A stretch of DNA of 64,000 nucleotides from the human T2T-CHM13v2.0 reference genome, Homo sapiens. The translations under genes and the position numbers were made by a program. The first letter of the stretch is position 1. Each line of letters starts with the position of its first letter. A model generated the notes under the pieces. That model had not been told where the DNA came from. It worked only from the letters and a program-made list of their open reading frames with translations, and did not search any database. The DNA lies in the NCBI RefSeq assembly GCF_009914755.1, contig NC_060925.1; one strand, 5' to 3'. Shown in pieces: positions 45,467 through 62,939 of the stretch.

Positions 45467-45697
45467 CAGCCATGTTCCACACACTGAGGCTGCTGCCCTT
45501 CACCTGAGGTCTCCTTGACTACATGGCGATCCCTGGCTGGCTGGTGCAAGGTGACCCGCCCTGCCTTGGCCCCATTCCTGCAGCATGGACCTCAGTGGGC
45601 GATGGAAATCACCCTTTTCCTGAGCTTCTAGAGTGGCTTTCCCCCAAAAGTGGGCTGTGTGGAGTCTTGTGCATGTGCTGCATAGTCTTGAGAAATG
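45467..45697 (-). pseudogene. Pseudo-exon 10
   Basis: (ct)n tract...ggag|CA...GCTG|gtgagt; 231 bp (multiple of 3). Confidence 0.55.
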
Positions 45698-46029
45698 CTC
45701 CACCAAAGAGAGACAGAGAGAGAGAAAGAGAGAGATTCTATGGGCAATATATTTAGAAAATATACTTATAATTAGAAGGTATGGTATAATATATTCCTCT
45801 CCAACTGCTGTTCCCCCCATCTTGGAGGCTTTTAAGGTGTATGAGCTGATGAAGAGAAGGGAGAGGTCTTGCAATCAAGACGTCTGTTTAACATCATAGG
45901 GCCCAGTAGCTCCCAGATCAATGGAACACAGCTTGGGAAATGTGGCTCCAAGAGAGGTTCAGAAACCTGTTTGGACATCCAAGCCACATTTGGAGCCTCT
46001 TAAATACCACTTCCCATGCTCTGACTCAC

Positions 46030-46185
46030 ATGGGGTCTCGAAATCTATATCCCTAAAAGCTCCCCACTCTCTCCTTTGCCCTGCATGTGGGTGGTGCTGG
46101 GAACCACTCTTCTGGGACTTGGGGGCAGGGAGGAGGTTGGGTGGAAGTCCCAGGTTGCTGCTTTCTTTAGCAGTTATCCCATTCA
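46030..46185 (-). pseudogene. Pseudo-exon 9
   Basis: ccctaag|TG...CCAT|gtgagt; 156 bp, phase 1 to 1, open: NGITAKESSNLGLPPNLLPAPKSQKSGSQHHPHAGQRREWGAFRDIDFETP. Confidence 0.55.
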
Positions 46186-46486
46186 CTTAGGGCTTTCCAG
46201 TGAAGGAGACTGCTGCCAATTAAACAGAACTCCCCTCTCCTTGGTAAGAGCAGTGTTAGGAATGCCCCTTTCTGGAATCAGCCTCTGTTTTCATCCTAAG
46301 TAAATCTGAGAAGGCTCTTTGCTTGCATTTGGAACCTGTTCTAGGCTACAGGGAAGCAGCAGGATTAAGAAGAATGAATAAATGGGCTGGGGCTGCACAT
46401 CCAGGGTGTCATCCATGGTGGTGGGTCTAAGGCCTTGCCTGGCCCCCTAGGTCCTGCTGGGTCCTAAAATCCTCTTTCTATCCTGG

Positions 46487-46839
46487 TGTATTAGTCTATT
46501 TTCACGCACTGATAAGGACATACCCAAGACAGGGAAGAAAAGAGGCTTGATTGGATTTATAGTTCTACATGGCTGGGCAGGCCTCAGAATCATGGCAGGA
46601 GGCAAAAGGCACTTCTTACATGGTGGCGGCAAGAGAAAAAATGAGGAAGAAAAAGCGGAAACCCCTGATAAATCCATCAGATCTCGTGAGACTTATTCAC
46701 TATCACAAGAATAGCATGAGAAAGACTGGCCCTCATGATTCGATTGCTTCCCCCTGGGTCCCTCCCACAACAAGTGGGAATTCTGGGAGATACAATTCAA
46801 GTTGAGATTTGGGTGGGGACACAGAGCCAAACCATATCA
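46487..46839 (-). mobile_element. THE1C-like MaLR solo LTR
   Basis: tgtattagtc...ccaaaccatatca; TSD cctgg. Confidence 0.88.
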
Positions 46840-47123
46840 CCTGGGCACAAAATTACATTTAATTGTCTCACACACTACATTGCTTCACACCTCTGTGCTT
46901 TGCTCTCAGGATTCCCTCTGTTGATACTCATTTACCCAATGCTTACTTTACTTGGATAAGTCTTTTACCAAAGATCGGCCCAGGTATCATTTTCTTCAGG
47001 AAATCTTCCCAAATATCAGGTTGGACCCAGTGTTCCTCCTCTGTCTTCCCAACATGCCAGGACAAAATCCCATTTTAACACTTAGTTCATAGGTGCTGAA
47101 AGGATGGGTTCATGAGTCCATGT

Positions 47124-47543
47124 GTTACTAAGCAATCAATGGGCTCGGTGCCCGATGCACACAGAAGCCAATACTATGGCACAAGCTTTTGAGAAAAGAA
47201 AAGTTTTATTGCTAGTCAACCGGCAAGGAGGTGTTATCTGACTGGATCCTGCAATTAGGTGTTGCCAGGAGGCATGATCTGCCTAGACCCTGCCGTAGAG
47301 TGATGCCAGAGCTTGATCTGATTGGAGCCTGAATTCTGCCATGCAGTGTCTGCTTCTTTTATCAGTCCCCCTCCTCAGTCCACTCCTCGGTTCCAGCCCT
47401 TAGGAGCCCCCTGTGGTTGCATATTTGCTTCATCTGGGCATGCTCAGGTTATGTGACCTTCAACCTGGGGGTCCATGGCAATTGAAAAACAACTCACAAC
47501 TTTCTTCCATAAAAGTTGAGCCAGATTGGTCTGGTGCTGTTAC
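47124..47543 (-). mobile_element. ERV solo LTR (family uncertain)
   Basis: tgttac...tgttaca termini with antisense polyA signal tttatt. Confidence 0.6.
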
Positions 47544-48111
47544 ACATACTTTCCCCGACCCCAGCTCCACCCACTTCTACTTGTAAACTCTGTGTATGTA
47601 TAAAATACAAGATCTCATTTGTGAAAATTCTTGCTAAAATCTGTATCATTTTAAAATGCAAATGATCCACCTATCCTTAATTCCTCAGTGGCCCTGGTGG
47701 AGCTCCTCTACATTCATGATTTTCAACTTATTGTCCTCTCCTCTCCCTTGTGAAGGGTTAGAACACCTCGACTGCACCTTAAATTTTTTAAGGTCAGAGA
47801 GTGTGTTTTATACATCTTTAAGCCCCTGAGGCCTAAATATTACCAGCTCATCTGTTGATAATCTCTTGGGAGACAGGTTTCATTTATGTGATTATTATCT
47901 TTTTGGTTTCACATCCAGAAATCTAAGCTAATGATTTTTTTTTTCTTTTGCAGGCTTCCACATTAAGGACTCAGAAATTTCTAACACTTTACAAGAGGGA
48001 GGAGTGAACAGCAAGTGGTTTGGAAATCACAAATTTGTAGGAGCTCAGCAAGTGCTACTTAGGTCTAAGGGACACAGGGCAGGTTTGGATTAAGAAATGA
48101 CACCAGTTTGG

Positions 48112-48432
<321 letters not shown>

Positions 48433-49469
48433 AAGAAATGACACCAGTTTTGGCCAAAAAGTTCTTAAAATGAGACTTCACATTTTACAGAAATAACAAT
48501 AATAACTAAAGAAAAAAAAACCCTTTACCCTATAGATTAAATCTGTTTTCTTTGCTTGTGCAACCCACTTATTTTCATGTGGAACCTGGACATCTGAACT
48601 AGAAACAACAGCACCAGTCAGGGTTCAGTGGGAGACTAGTGGTACCTGTGAGAGGGAAAACTGAGCTGAGGTCAAGAAATTGACTATCTACAAAGATGCG
48701 TGGGATTAAGGGAAATTAGTAAAGGATGATGAGATGCCCAGGAACTAGCAACAGTCGGAAGCCATTACCTATGTTTCCTAGGTAACCTGGAAGGAGTTCC
48801 CAGAATCTGGAAAGAATGTAACAGCAGGGGAGCATTGTTCAACAGGGGCTGTGCCTTCGGTAGAAGAATGGAGCCACAGCCCCCCATAGCCCACAGGAAG
48901 CTGGGGGGAGAAAGTCCCAACCTCACTCTCCTCCCGCCTCCAGTCTCCTCCCTTGGCCAAACCCAACAGAGGTCAGAGATCAAAGGAGCCTATTGATGCA
49001 GATCCTCAACCTTCTGGAGCACAGAGGATGGTGGAGAGGGAGGAAAGGGGATCTAAAGGGACAAGTGTAGAATATCCAGTGCAACAGCTTTTGATTAGAA
49101 AAGAAAGTCATATTCCTTTACTTAATATCCAAATCACAGCAACTCTGAGCCCCTACCTCCCACAAATTAGTCTTTTCCCCTCAAGCCCTGAAGAGGGTGT
49201 TGCACCCAACTTCCCTTACTGATAGAACACAAGCCCCAGACCCTCACCTGCCACTGGCTTTTGGCAGGATCTGTGACACTAAAATTACATCTGCTCTTTT
49301 CTAATCCTAGCTAATATGGGCTAAGAGAGGACAGTCTTAGGATTCTGGGAACTTCCTGTCCAGCTGATTCACAAAAGTCACAGACCAGCTGTCTTCTAAA
49401 GTAAAACTACCTCCTGGCCATGACTGTAATATGCTAGATTTCTGGAGCCCTTTAGAAAAATGGGCTCCT

Positions 49470-49813
<344 letters not shown>

Positions 49814-50239
49814 CTAAATTAGAAAACATGTCTTTATCCTGCAGTCAGGAGACAATGATGTATCGGATGTCTGCTCCATATGAATTAAATAAAAGGAGAT
49901 GTGAAAGTAAACAAAAAAATTGACTCTAAGTCATGAGAGAAACTTTTGCTTTCAAAATTTCATGACCATTTTGGACAAAAGCATGGGTTATTTCTTATGC
50001 AAAATGGCATTGTCTGTCCTTCGATGGCACTGGTTTTGTGATTTTCTGAGCTTCAGAGCCTCATTATCCACTTACCATCTATTATTACTAATGTTGTCTT
50101 GAACTGAGACAACATGTTGTAACGAACTGGTTGTGAAATTTACTGGCAACTTCCAGACATGCCCACCCATCCCAGAGTAGGATAAATAGGGGCCTGGAAA
50201 TATTTGGTATGCTACAGATTATCATTCTTAAAGGCTTAC

Positions 50240-50440
50240 CACAAACATTTCAAGTTTAGAGCCCAGAAACATTATTTGAAGAATTCTGGCTAAATAGGCA
50301 TTGGCAACAATTCTCAGAACCACTTTGGCTGACTTGGGAGCATGCATGACTCAACTTTCACCTCTTTTCCCTCCAATCAGTTATGGTAAAATCCTGTTTA
50401 ATTTGTATTCGTAACCAGGATGGCTTTTAGAATGTTTCCC
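50240..50440 (-). pseudogene. Pseudo-exon 8
   Basis: tctcctccttcttcag|GGG...GTG|gtaagc; 201 bp (multiple of 3). Confidence 0.65.
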
Positions 50441-50858
50441 CTGAAGAAGGAGGAGATACGCTGGATTCTAGTGCAGATCAGAAACTTTGAGTATGAAAAC
50501 ACTGCAGGATTGGTATTAGGATGTTCTTGGCTACAAGTAACTAAAAATCCAATAAAAAAACCCTGACATAATGGAGAAAAATTCTGATTTCACACAACAA
50601 AAAACACTACCCAGATATGATAGGCTGGCTCCCAGGTTAGTGACACCATCAAAATCCTAACTTCTCTCCACTTTCTTGCTTGGCCATCCTCAGTGCAAAT
50701 CTATTGGCCTGTCCTCAGGTTATTGAACTTGTGGTTATAAAATGGCATTCACTGTTGTATCACATGAAAACACAAAACTGTCCAAATTAAAAAATGTTTC
50801 TGCATTTCTTTTTAAGAGGGATGCAATCTTTTCTTAGAATCCCTTAGGAGACTCCTGT

Positions 50859-51166
<308 letters not shown>

Positions 51167-51700
51167 CGGCTCCTGTTATTTTTTATTAGCCTGAATTGCA
51201 TCACTATTCAGGCTGAACCTGTTACTAGCAATAACAACAAGGTGACTCTGATTGACATGCTCTTTGATAGTCACTGACAGCCCCTTTTTAGCCCACTCTT
51301 GTCCCTTCTATCACCTGAGGGAGAGCTATAAACCTTACATTGCTGTTTTAAGAGTGGGTTTGTACAATAGTTAGATACAGGTTAGTAATTTTCCAGAAAC
51401 ACAGGTTACTGAGACAAATGAGCAATTTCCCCAGCAAAACTGTCAGTCCCGTCAGGAAAAAAGGGAATGTTTTCTCCATCAAGTGGCAGTTGGCTGGCTT
51501 AAGAGGCCAGCAAGCAAATTCTATGTTTACAAGATCAATAATGGGGCTCCTGGAGTCAGAGATGAAATCTCACTATGAAACATCTTAGCTGCATCCAAGG
51601 TCAGCAACAGGGGACATTATTGTTAATTAGAGGCCCATGTGATGGCATTTGTTAAAGAAATGAATCTGTCCACCAGTAGCATACACCTTTTCACTTGTAG

Positions 51701-52221
51701 TGTAGCAGTCTTCCTGCTCCTTAGCTCAACTGGGTCTGAGTTCTTGTCTCACAACCAGGAAGAATGAGGCAAACAGCTACCAGAGAGTGAGTGGAGTAGA
51801 ATTCATTAAGCGAAAAAAAAATTCTCAGGAGAGAGGGGATGTGGGGGGTGGTTTCCCTCCCAAAAGGGAGGAAAGTCCCCCGTGTGGCTGGGTCCAGGGC
51901 CTTTCATGGACTCAGAACAGGGAGTGTGTGCTGATTGGTTTGTGAGTATGTGAAAAAGGCTAAAGTGAAGACACCGCTCAAAGGTGAGCACAACAGTGTA
52001 GAAAACCAATTAAGAAAGGGTAGGTATACGTAAAATAGGTGAAGGGTGGGGATCAGTCAGAGGAAAGTGGACCAAATAGGAAGGCAAATTCTCAATTTAG
52101 TCCAAGGATTTAAGTTGTAGCTTGGCTTTCAGGCTTTAAACTGTCTTCAGCTTGGAGGTGGTATTTCACCAGGGACCCTCCCTTATCTGCCTAGGCATTT
52201 AGCTGCCTCCTGTCACTATCA
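51701..52221 (-). mobile_element. ERV1 solo LTR (MER61-like)
   Basis: Minus strand start TGATAGTGACAGGAGGCAGCTAAATGCCTAGGCAGATA; TSD gta(g/a). Confidence 0.7.
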
Positions 52222-53209
52222 GTAACATATGGCCCTTTGGGTTAAAGTCCTGCTCATAGACCTAACAGGTCCCACACTGCTACAATCATTTCTTCCCTAC
52301 TCTCCCAGCTTACATCAATCTCTCCACCTATTTTCTATCCCTAAAATCCTACAGCATGTATAGGTTGTATACTTTAATTTATTATAATAGTGATTCGTCT
52401 TAACCAGGGAGACAGTGTCATGTAAGAGTTCCTGTGTTCAAATCCTTGTTCTGCAACTTACTTGCCATGGAATCTTGGGTAAGTTATTCAATGTCTCCAT
52501 TCATGTGTTCTTATCTGCAAATGGTATAGTAAGGGTGTCTGGTTTATAAAAGTGTTATGATTGTTACAGGTAAAATAATTGGTATACAGCAAGTGCTCAA
52601 TAACTGGTAGCTACTATTATTTTTTAAATATTTATGCCCTTTAGCCCAGAAATTCTGCTTCTAGAATAAAGAATAAGTAATCATGATTTTTTTATAAAAA
52701 CTATATCTTCAGCATTTTTTATAATATCAAAAACTGGATATAGTCTCGGTACACAAGAATAGAGGATTGGTTAAATACATTATAATCTATCCATAAAATG
52801 GAACACTATTCAGTAATTAAATGTGAATATCTCTCTCTATATGACATGAATGTTCAAAAAATATGGTTACGTGAGAAAAACAAAAATAGAAAACAATATG
52901 GTAGTGAAGACCATACTCCTAAAAGGATGAGCCTCTCTGGAAGGGAATTACGCCAGGACACTTACCAAGATGTTAATGGTGATTAGGATTCTAGGCTATG
53001 TTTTTCTTATCTATACTTTCAATTTTTCTATAATCAATTTTTAAAAAATTGTCTATAATTATAAGAAGTCTATGTAGAAATTCAGACTCTCAAACTGTCT
53101 TATACTATTTATGTCCTGGCCTTGGCTGACTGTCTTGCACCAAGCTCCCTACTCTGGGAACTAGAGTGAGGCTGTTCTAAGAGGGGGTACTTAGCCAAGG
53201 GCAGCCCAC

Positions 53210-53331
53210 CTTGGGTGGGCTCAGAGACCCACAAGTTGTGAGGAGCTCTGTCCAGCAGGGGGATGGTGAGCACGAGGCTGAGCAGCTCCCTTTGGGATCT
53301 AGACAAGAGCATGAGGGATGGAGTGGACGTC
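53210..53331 (-). pseudogene. Pseudo-exon 7
   Basis: tcttatcacctaccag|GACG...CAAG|gtgggc; reading frame ambiguous. Confidence 0.5.
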
Positions 53332-53689
53332 CTGGTAGGTGATAAGAACAAACCAGTACTTGGGAAAAGGAAAGGAATAGAGATCCCACAAGACAGAGAA
53401 ACTGTGTAAATAAGAAAACGAAGGAGGTTTCCAACATTGCCTCAAGTTCCCAAAGGCTTGCTGATTTCTGGACCAATTTTCGTCCACTGGTATCCTTAAA
53501 GTCAATGCTAATTTCTGAGAGTATTTTTGAATGAGTCTCTGTGTCTCACAATAAAAACAACAGAACCATCAGTTCTCTTAGCATTGTCTTCCCAAATGGA
53601 TTATGAATCTCTTTAGGGCATGCAGCATGCCTTTCACATCAAGCACATGGGGTTCAAGGCAGTGCACATGTTAGCTGACCACTTAATGC

Positions 53690-54680
53690 TTCATTCATTC
53701 ACCATTTATTCACTCAAGAACTATTGAATGTATGTTTAGGGGGTGCCAAGTGTATTTCTAAGCACTGGGGAAACAACAGTGAATAAGACAAATCAAAAAA
53801 TCACTGCCTTCTTGGGACAGGGAAACATGTGAAATACAATAAATAAAATATATAGTAAGTTAGGGCATGAAAAGTGCTAATGAGAAAATTCAAGAAAGGG
53901 AGTACTAAGAGTGAAAAGAGGGTGGACAGGCGTTGCAATTATAAACAGCACAGTCAGAAAGGCCTCCCTAAGAAAGAATATTTGAGCAGAGTCCTAAAGG
54001 AGTTGGAGGAGCATGCCATGTAGTTATCTGGGGAAAAAGCATTCCCAGCAGAGAGAAGAGCAAGTGTAAATGCCCCGAAGCAATGAGAGCTGGTGTGTTT
54101 GAGAAAGACAGTGACACCAATGTGGCTAGAGTAGAGTGAACAAGGAGGAGAGGGAGGCCAGTGGAAACGGGTCCATTGCCTATAACTGATATAAGTTGTG
54201 TTGAACTTGACAAGACTGGAGGACAGAGAGGCCCAAGAAAGGCCAATGGTTGTCACAGAGAGGCACTTGTTGAGGTGAAGCCTTGACCTCTAACCACCTA
54301 AGACTGGAAAGTGGAGCCTGAGTCATTGTTTGGGGTCCTATCTTTAAGTAGGAGAGATCAGGGAGGGAAGAGAGGAGAGTCTGGATTGCATGTGGTCAGA
54401 TCAGGGGGGCACAGAAGGACTGTGGCTTTTACTCTGAGTGATGTGGGGAGACACAGGAAGCTTTTGAACAGAGTCGAGACACAGTGTGACTTGGGTTGTC
54501 ACAGATCACCAGGCTGCTGTGTGGAGAACAGACTGCAGGAGAAAGAAACAGGCTTTTGCAGCTACCCAGGGGAGAGATGATGGTAGTTCAGATGAGGATG
54601 GTAGTAATAGAGGCTGTGGGAAGAGGCAAAGCCACATTCCAGATGTGATTTGGAGGTGTAACACCACAGCAAACATGGTA
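53690..54680 (-). mobile_element. L2
   Basis: ttcattcattcaccatttattcactcaag...agcattcccagcagagagaag... Confidence 0.75.
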
Positions 54681-54780
54681 TCTTGAAGTGATATGACTCA
54701 AAACAAAGCCTCCGGCTTCACTTTCCAGTTTTAGATTGGAGGGTAAGCCAATCCCTCAACACATCCCTCCCAAAACCAAC

Positions 54781-54916
54781 CTTCCACCTTTCTGGCACAG
54801 TATGACTCATGTCGCTTTTAGACAATAAGGCATTTCCATGGGCCATTGCCTGGATGAATCTTCTTTCCTAAGCTACTCCCATATTTCCTTCTTTCGGGCT
54901 ATTCATCAGCAATTGT
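54781..54916 (-). pseudogene. Pseudo-exon 6 (end of MA3)
   Basis: ttcaattattttag|A CAA TTG..., phase 2 start: QLLMNSPKEGNMGVA*ERRFIQAMAHGNALLSKSD; donor uncertain (gttggt, gtggaa, or a CpG-mutated C|atgagt). Confidence 0.65.
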
Positions 54917-55009
54917 CTAAAATAATTGAATGAAGCACATTGTCCTTTTTGAGATCTCCTTATCAAGTCTTTGGTGAGCTCAGACAAAATAGCCAGACTG
55001 CCCTGTAAA

Positions 55010-58355
<3,346 letters not shown>

Positions 58356-58836
58356 ATCTACACATTTTCTTTGACGATGAAAAACAGTTTCTCCATAGCC
58401 TTGGGAAGGAGCAGGGAAGGGAGGGAAGAAAAACAGTAAGGAATGCTTAAGTCCGGGGCTCCTGGTATAAAGCTGCCCCTAAGTTAAAAGTTGGGAAGAA
58501 CCTCAAAGAGTGATTAAGGTATCTTTCTATGTCATGAGTCACCACTGAGAAACATCAAGTGGTGCCTTGAGACCTCCTAGACTTAACATGCTTCCATATA
58601 TAACTAATAAATTACTAGGAAGAGACTTAGCCCCTTGATGAATGTCTTATTGAGACTGGACAACATAATTTCTGTGAAATCAATAACCAGCCGTTCTTCC
58701 TCACCAATACCCTCCCTAGCTAAACATTGTTCATTAGAAGAGATGAAGCAGCTTTGAAACATACACTATCCCCTATCTTTTTAGCTATTGCTGAGAAATT
58801 TTGAGTACGAATTAATAACAGGGAAAAGAATCATAC

Positions 58837-59008
58837 TTAAAAGCATGCCATAAATTGGGCTGTTGAATTTTTGAGTCAACCAGAACCAGAACTAATGTCT
58901 GCCAATATGCATGATTTAATTGCTCAAGGTCATTTTCAAGAAGCTGTGCTAAATGCTGACAGACTTTGTTGGAATTATCAGAATTTTTTCAGGCTCAGTC
59001 ATCTTGGC
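58837..59008 (-). pseudogene. Pseudo-exon 5 (MA3 core)
   Basis: tag|GCC...TTTAA|gtatga; with one A restored in an A6 run: AKMTEPEKNSDNSNKVCQHLAQLLENDLEQLNHAYWQTLVLVLVDSKIQQPNLWHAF(K). Confidence 0.78.
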
Positions 59009-59344
59009 CTACCTCAGGGAGAAGTCAGATAAAATGTCAGAGGTCTGACTACCCAAACTCCAAGTCACATATTTTCTTCCTTGCCTGTGCTCACTAGCTT
59101 CTTCTAAAGTCCATTGGTTTTAGAGTCAAATGATCTGCTTTTGAAATCTAACTTCAACACTTACTAGAGGCTTAAAATCATTTAACAAATATTTATTGAA
59201 TACCTACTGAGTTACAGGCACTGTAAACATTGGTGAGCATACAGCTCTTTGAGCCTTGGTTTCTTCACATATAGATGGCACTAATAACCCTTCCTTTGAC
59301 AGTAAACCCAGTAGGGGGCAGGATTAGTGATAGGATTAAGTGAC

Positions 59345-59645
59345 ATGGTGGGGCACAGTGGCTCACACCTGTAATCCCAGCACTTTTGAGAGTCTGAGGC
59401 ACGCAGATCACTTGAGGTCAGGAGTTCAAGACCAGCCTGGGCAACATAGCAAGACCCCATCTCTCTCTCAAAAAAAAAAAACATTAGCCAGGCATGATAA
59501 TGCACACCTGTAGTCACAGCTACTCAGGAGGCTGAGGCAGGGCAATCCCTTGAGCCCAAGAGTTCAAGGCTGCAACAAGCTAGGATCACACTACTGCACT
59601 CCAGGGTGGGCAAGAGTGAGACCCAGTTTAAAAAAAAAAAAAAAA
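59345..59645 (+). mobile_element. AluJ in a MIR
   Basis: J diagnostics; TSD-like gattaagtga. Confidence 0.85.
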
Positions 59646-59879
59646 GATTAAGTGAGATGTTTGCTGAACAGCCAGCACATAGTACATACACAGTAAGTGG
59701 TAGCCATTATTGTAAGAAAATATTCAGATTTTAAAAGTGGGTAAGAAACATTTCCTCAGCATACCACCCCTTGAACTAGCAAGTAAGAAACTTGATCCTC
59801 TTTGAGAAAGTAATCACAATTGGCCCCAGAACATTACACTCTTTTGAAATGGCCTCTTACTGTTCCATGCCCTATGATT

Positions 59880-60395
59880 CCATGATGGTTAACTTATACA
59901 TCAACTTGACTGGACAATGGGGTGCCCAGATATTTGGACAAACATCATTTGGGTATTTCCGTGAGGGTGATTTGGATGAGATAAGCATTTAAGTTGGTAG
60001 ACTATGTAAAGCAGATTGCCCTCTCTAATGTGGATGGGCCTCATCCAGTCAGCTGAAGGACCAAATAGAACAAAAGGCTAACCCTTCTCTGAGTAGAAGG
60101 AAATTCTTTCTGCCTAATTGCCTTTGAACTGGAACATCAGCTTTTTTCCTGCCTTTGGTCTTGAACTGAAACATCAGCTCTTCCTTGGTCTCAAGCCTGT
60201 TGGCTTTCAGATATGAACAAACACCATCAGCTTTCCTGCTTCTCAGGCCTTTGGACACAGACTGGAACTAAACCATAGTCTTTCCTGGTTCTCTAGCTTG
60301 CAGACTCACCGTGCAGATCTTGGGACTTGCCCATCTCCATCATTGCATGAGCCAGTTTCATCCCATTCCTTCAAGTTCTCTGGAGAACCCTAACA
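59880..60395 (+). mobile_element. MLT2 (ERVL) LTR
   Basis: atgatggttaac...tcaacttgactgg...ttctctggagaaccctaa. Confidence 0.8.
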
Positions 60396-61065
60396 CATTT
60401 CCAACGTCTTTTTCCACTCCCCATAATTTACTCTGTACTCTAGTTGGGCTGGACCCAGAATGCTGCTTGGCCTGCCATGCTCTTATGTGTCTTCCTGCCT
60501 TTGCACAAACATTTCCTCTGCCCCCAAAGCCCTCCTCTACCCTAATCTTCAGGGTCAACTCCTGCTCACCTGTTAGAACTCAATTTTTGTGTCACTTAAC
60601 TCAGGATCTTATCCTTTTGAGTTTGGGCCTTCTCCCGTGTTAGCCAATGCTCACATCATTTTCATATACTCTTTTGAAATCACCTCTTACTGGTCCTGAG
60701 AAGAATGCCATGATTAACTTTTACAAATGAAGGTTTATAAGCCCCAACCGAAAAAAAAAAAAGGAACTTCAGATCCACCATTGAACAGGAGATTCTTCCA
60801 GATTACGTGCTTATTACTGTGGCCAGCTTGCCTTTAAAAGCTCTTTCACAATTAGAGATGAAAACTCCATCCTTCTGCAGAGGCAGCCCTAGCTGTAGAG
60901 GGCTGGAGACATGGCCCAGGCAAAGGGTATCAAAGGTATGTGTCAATCAAACCTCCCACAGGCCAGTGCTCTTCATCATGAAATGCAAAGGGAGATGTTG
61001 GCAGATACAGGTTATGTGGGATCCTCTGAGCTGAGATTCAGAGGGCAGTTGCAGCTCCTTCTTAC

Positions 61066-61137
61066 CTCAGAAGCACTGCAAATGGCATCACAGACAAGGG
61101 AGAATTTCCTATTGGTCCCTAGGATGGTTCAGGGAAT
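61066..61137 (-). pseudogene. Pseudo-exon 4 (MA3), acceptor apparently mutated CAG>CAT
   Basis: Long polypyrimidine tract ending ttctcat|ATT; strong donor GAG|gtaaga; 72 bp IP*TILGTNRKFSLVCDAICSASE; an alternative AG would give a start at 61118. Confidence 0.72.
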
Positions 61138-61716
61138 ATGAGAAACCAAAAAGAAAAAAGATAACAGAAGATGCAACGATAAAAGTTGGGGCAGGGACTC
61201 CTGGGCATGGAGAAAAAGCGTACAGGAATGCCGGGCATTTCAGGCTGACCTAAGGAAGAGCCCTGGATCAAGAAAAGACTGCCTTCTCCTCCTAGACATC
61301 TGGAGTCCCCGTACCTCATCCTGATATCTGGTGACTCCTGGAGGTTTTCCTGGAGAGAGTGGGGAGTGTCTACTTGACATCGAAAGGTCAGTATTGGGGT
61401 GAACAGTGAGAGGGGGTTAGTGTGCTGTGGACACCAGTGAATGGAGACCTAGAGGGATGGAAATCCACATGCAGTGTAGGAGATGAGGCTTGCACTCCAT
61501 GAAGCTAAGGCACCGACTGCATTTTGCTTGAAAAGTCTTATACTGCCAGGATCTGGAGTTCAGATAAAACTCTCTTGGCTACACCCATCAGTGGAGTTAC
61601 TTCTGAAGTTGTTAAAACAGTGTTGTTATAACACTGCTAGAATGGCTATTAAGTTGTGTATGGCATGGAATAGACCAGAGAAACCATAGGAACTTATTAC
61701 ACCGATTAAATTTTAC

Positions 61717-61759
61717 CTTTAAGGTTTCTTCCAAGTTGCCATTTTCAAGATAGTCTTAA
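61717..61759 (-). pseudogene. Pseudo-exon 3 (MA3 helix 1-2)
   Basis: ctttttgtttttaaag|T...AAG|gtaaaa; 43 bp, phase 2 to 0: *DYLENGNLEETLK. Confidence 0.8.
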
Positions 61760-62108
61760 CTTTAAAAACAAAAAGAAAGTATTTTCACCTCTTGCTTTAC
61801 AGAAAGTAGACGAAAATATTATTCTAGATGAAATAAGTGTCTCCACAGCCAAGGATGTATCAGGGAGAATTGCATTCCCCTTGTTTCAACTTCTTTAAAC
61901 ATATCTGCCTTTAACAAATGTGCTGAACATGTGTTGCATACAGTATAATGTTTCAGTATATTCCAGTGATGAATTGCCCAGCACCTTATCATAAAAAATG
62001 CCCAGCACTTTTATCACTTTATCATAAAAGTAAATAGTACTGTGCTTTTTAAAACTCCCAGTAGTTTGGGTACATAGAGATTTAATTATACTGGATCCCT
62101 TCACTCAC

Positions 62109-62227
62109 ACAGCATTGCTTATACATCTCCATGCATAACTTGGGTCCACACATCTAGCCTTGGTTTGGTTTTTCTTTTTGAAATATATGGTATATTACTG
62201 TTTCTTCAGTTTCATGTATCTTGCTAG
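62109..62227 (-). pseudogene. Pseudo-exon 2 (start of MA3)
   Basis: gttgtctttcag|CTAG...GCTGT|gtgagt; ASKIHETEETVIYHIFQKEK / frameshift / ...KARCVDPSYAWRCISNA(V). Confidence 0.75.
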
Positions 62228-62451
62228 CTGAAAGACAACTAAACGAAACTGAAGGCATTATCCTGCCTCCGATTCTCACTCCCTGCTGTGTCCCTGGTGG
62301 TGTCAAGGACACAGTTCTCATTTCACTTCCCAGTGTTGTTACTGCTGGCAAGCAAGGCAGGTAAACCACAACTAAATCCACATCCTGCAAGACCCCTAGG
62401 AGCTGATTTCTCAGCTCAGAGGCAAAAGAATCAGCAATGGCCCACACTCAC

Positions 62452-62575
62452 CCACTGAAAACCCCTCTAAATGCTCCCCAGCTTTCAGAAGGCCTCATCT
62501 CATTCTTTCCTCAGACCCAGCAGGGGTCAGTCCTTGTTCCCAGCCTTCCTCAGGAGGCCCTGACCTCGGCCAGTG
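62452..62575 (-). pseudogene. Pseudo-exon 1 (most 5' exon in the window)
   Basis: ctcctttttcag|CAC...GTGG|gtgagt; HWPRSGPPEEGWEQGLTPAGSEERMR*GLLKAGEHLEGFSV, phase 0 to 1. Confidence 0.65.
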
Positions 62576-62939
62576 CTGAAAAAGGAGTCACTCATTGCCC
62601 TGGCTGGGCTTTGAGAAGGTCAGGCCTGAGGCCTGGGTGGCCTCACCTAAGGGAACAAACAGTACACAGAGTCACCCTTCACTGACCCTTGCTCATGGAG
62701 GAGGCATGATGTGAAAAGTCCCTGATCCTCCCTCCTTTGCTCTGGAATGTATCTTATTCCTTCCAGATGTTTTCCCTAATAATAGCTGCTTGATCTAATG
62801 TAAGAGTGAGTCTGTATTCCCCAAGTGCACTGTGGACAATGGGAAAATAATCCAGAAATGAGTGGGGAAAGAGTACTTGGGGGTTAAATAATCTTTTTTT
62901 CCTGGATGGTCCTCAGAGTTGATAACCCATAAGGCCTAA

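Noticed and set aside
58940-59008. EKILIIPTK...QHLAQLL read as helicase motif IV
   Set aside because: No other helicase motifs; a single A restoration gives a better MA3 match.
61717-61759. DYLENGNLEETLK read as a kinase hinge (EYLENGNL) or LisH motif
   Set aside because: No other kinase or LisH/CTLH motifs; the MA3 reading explains four neighbouring exons as well.
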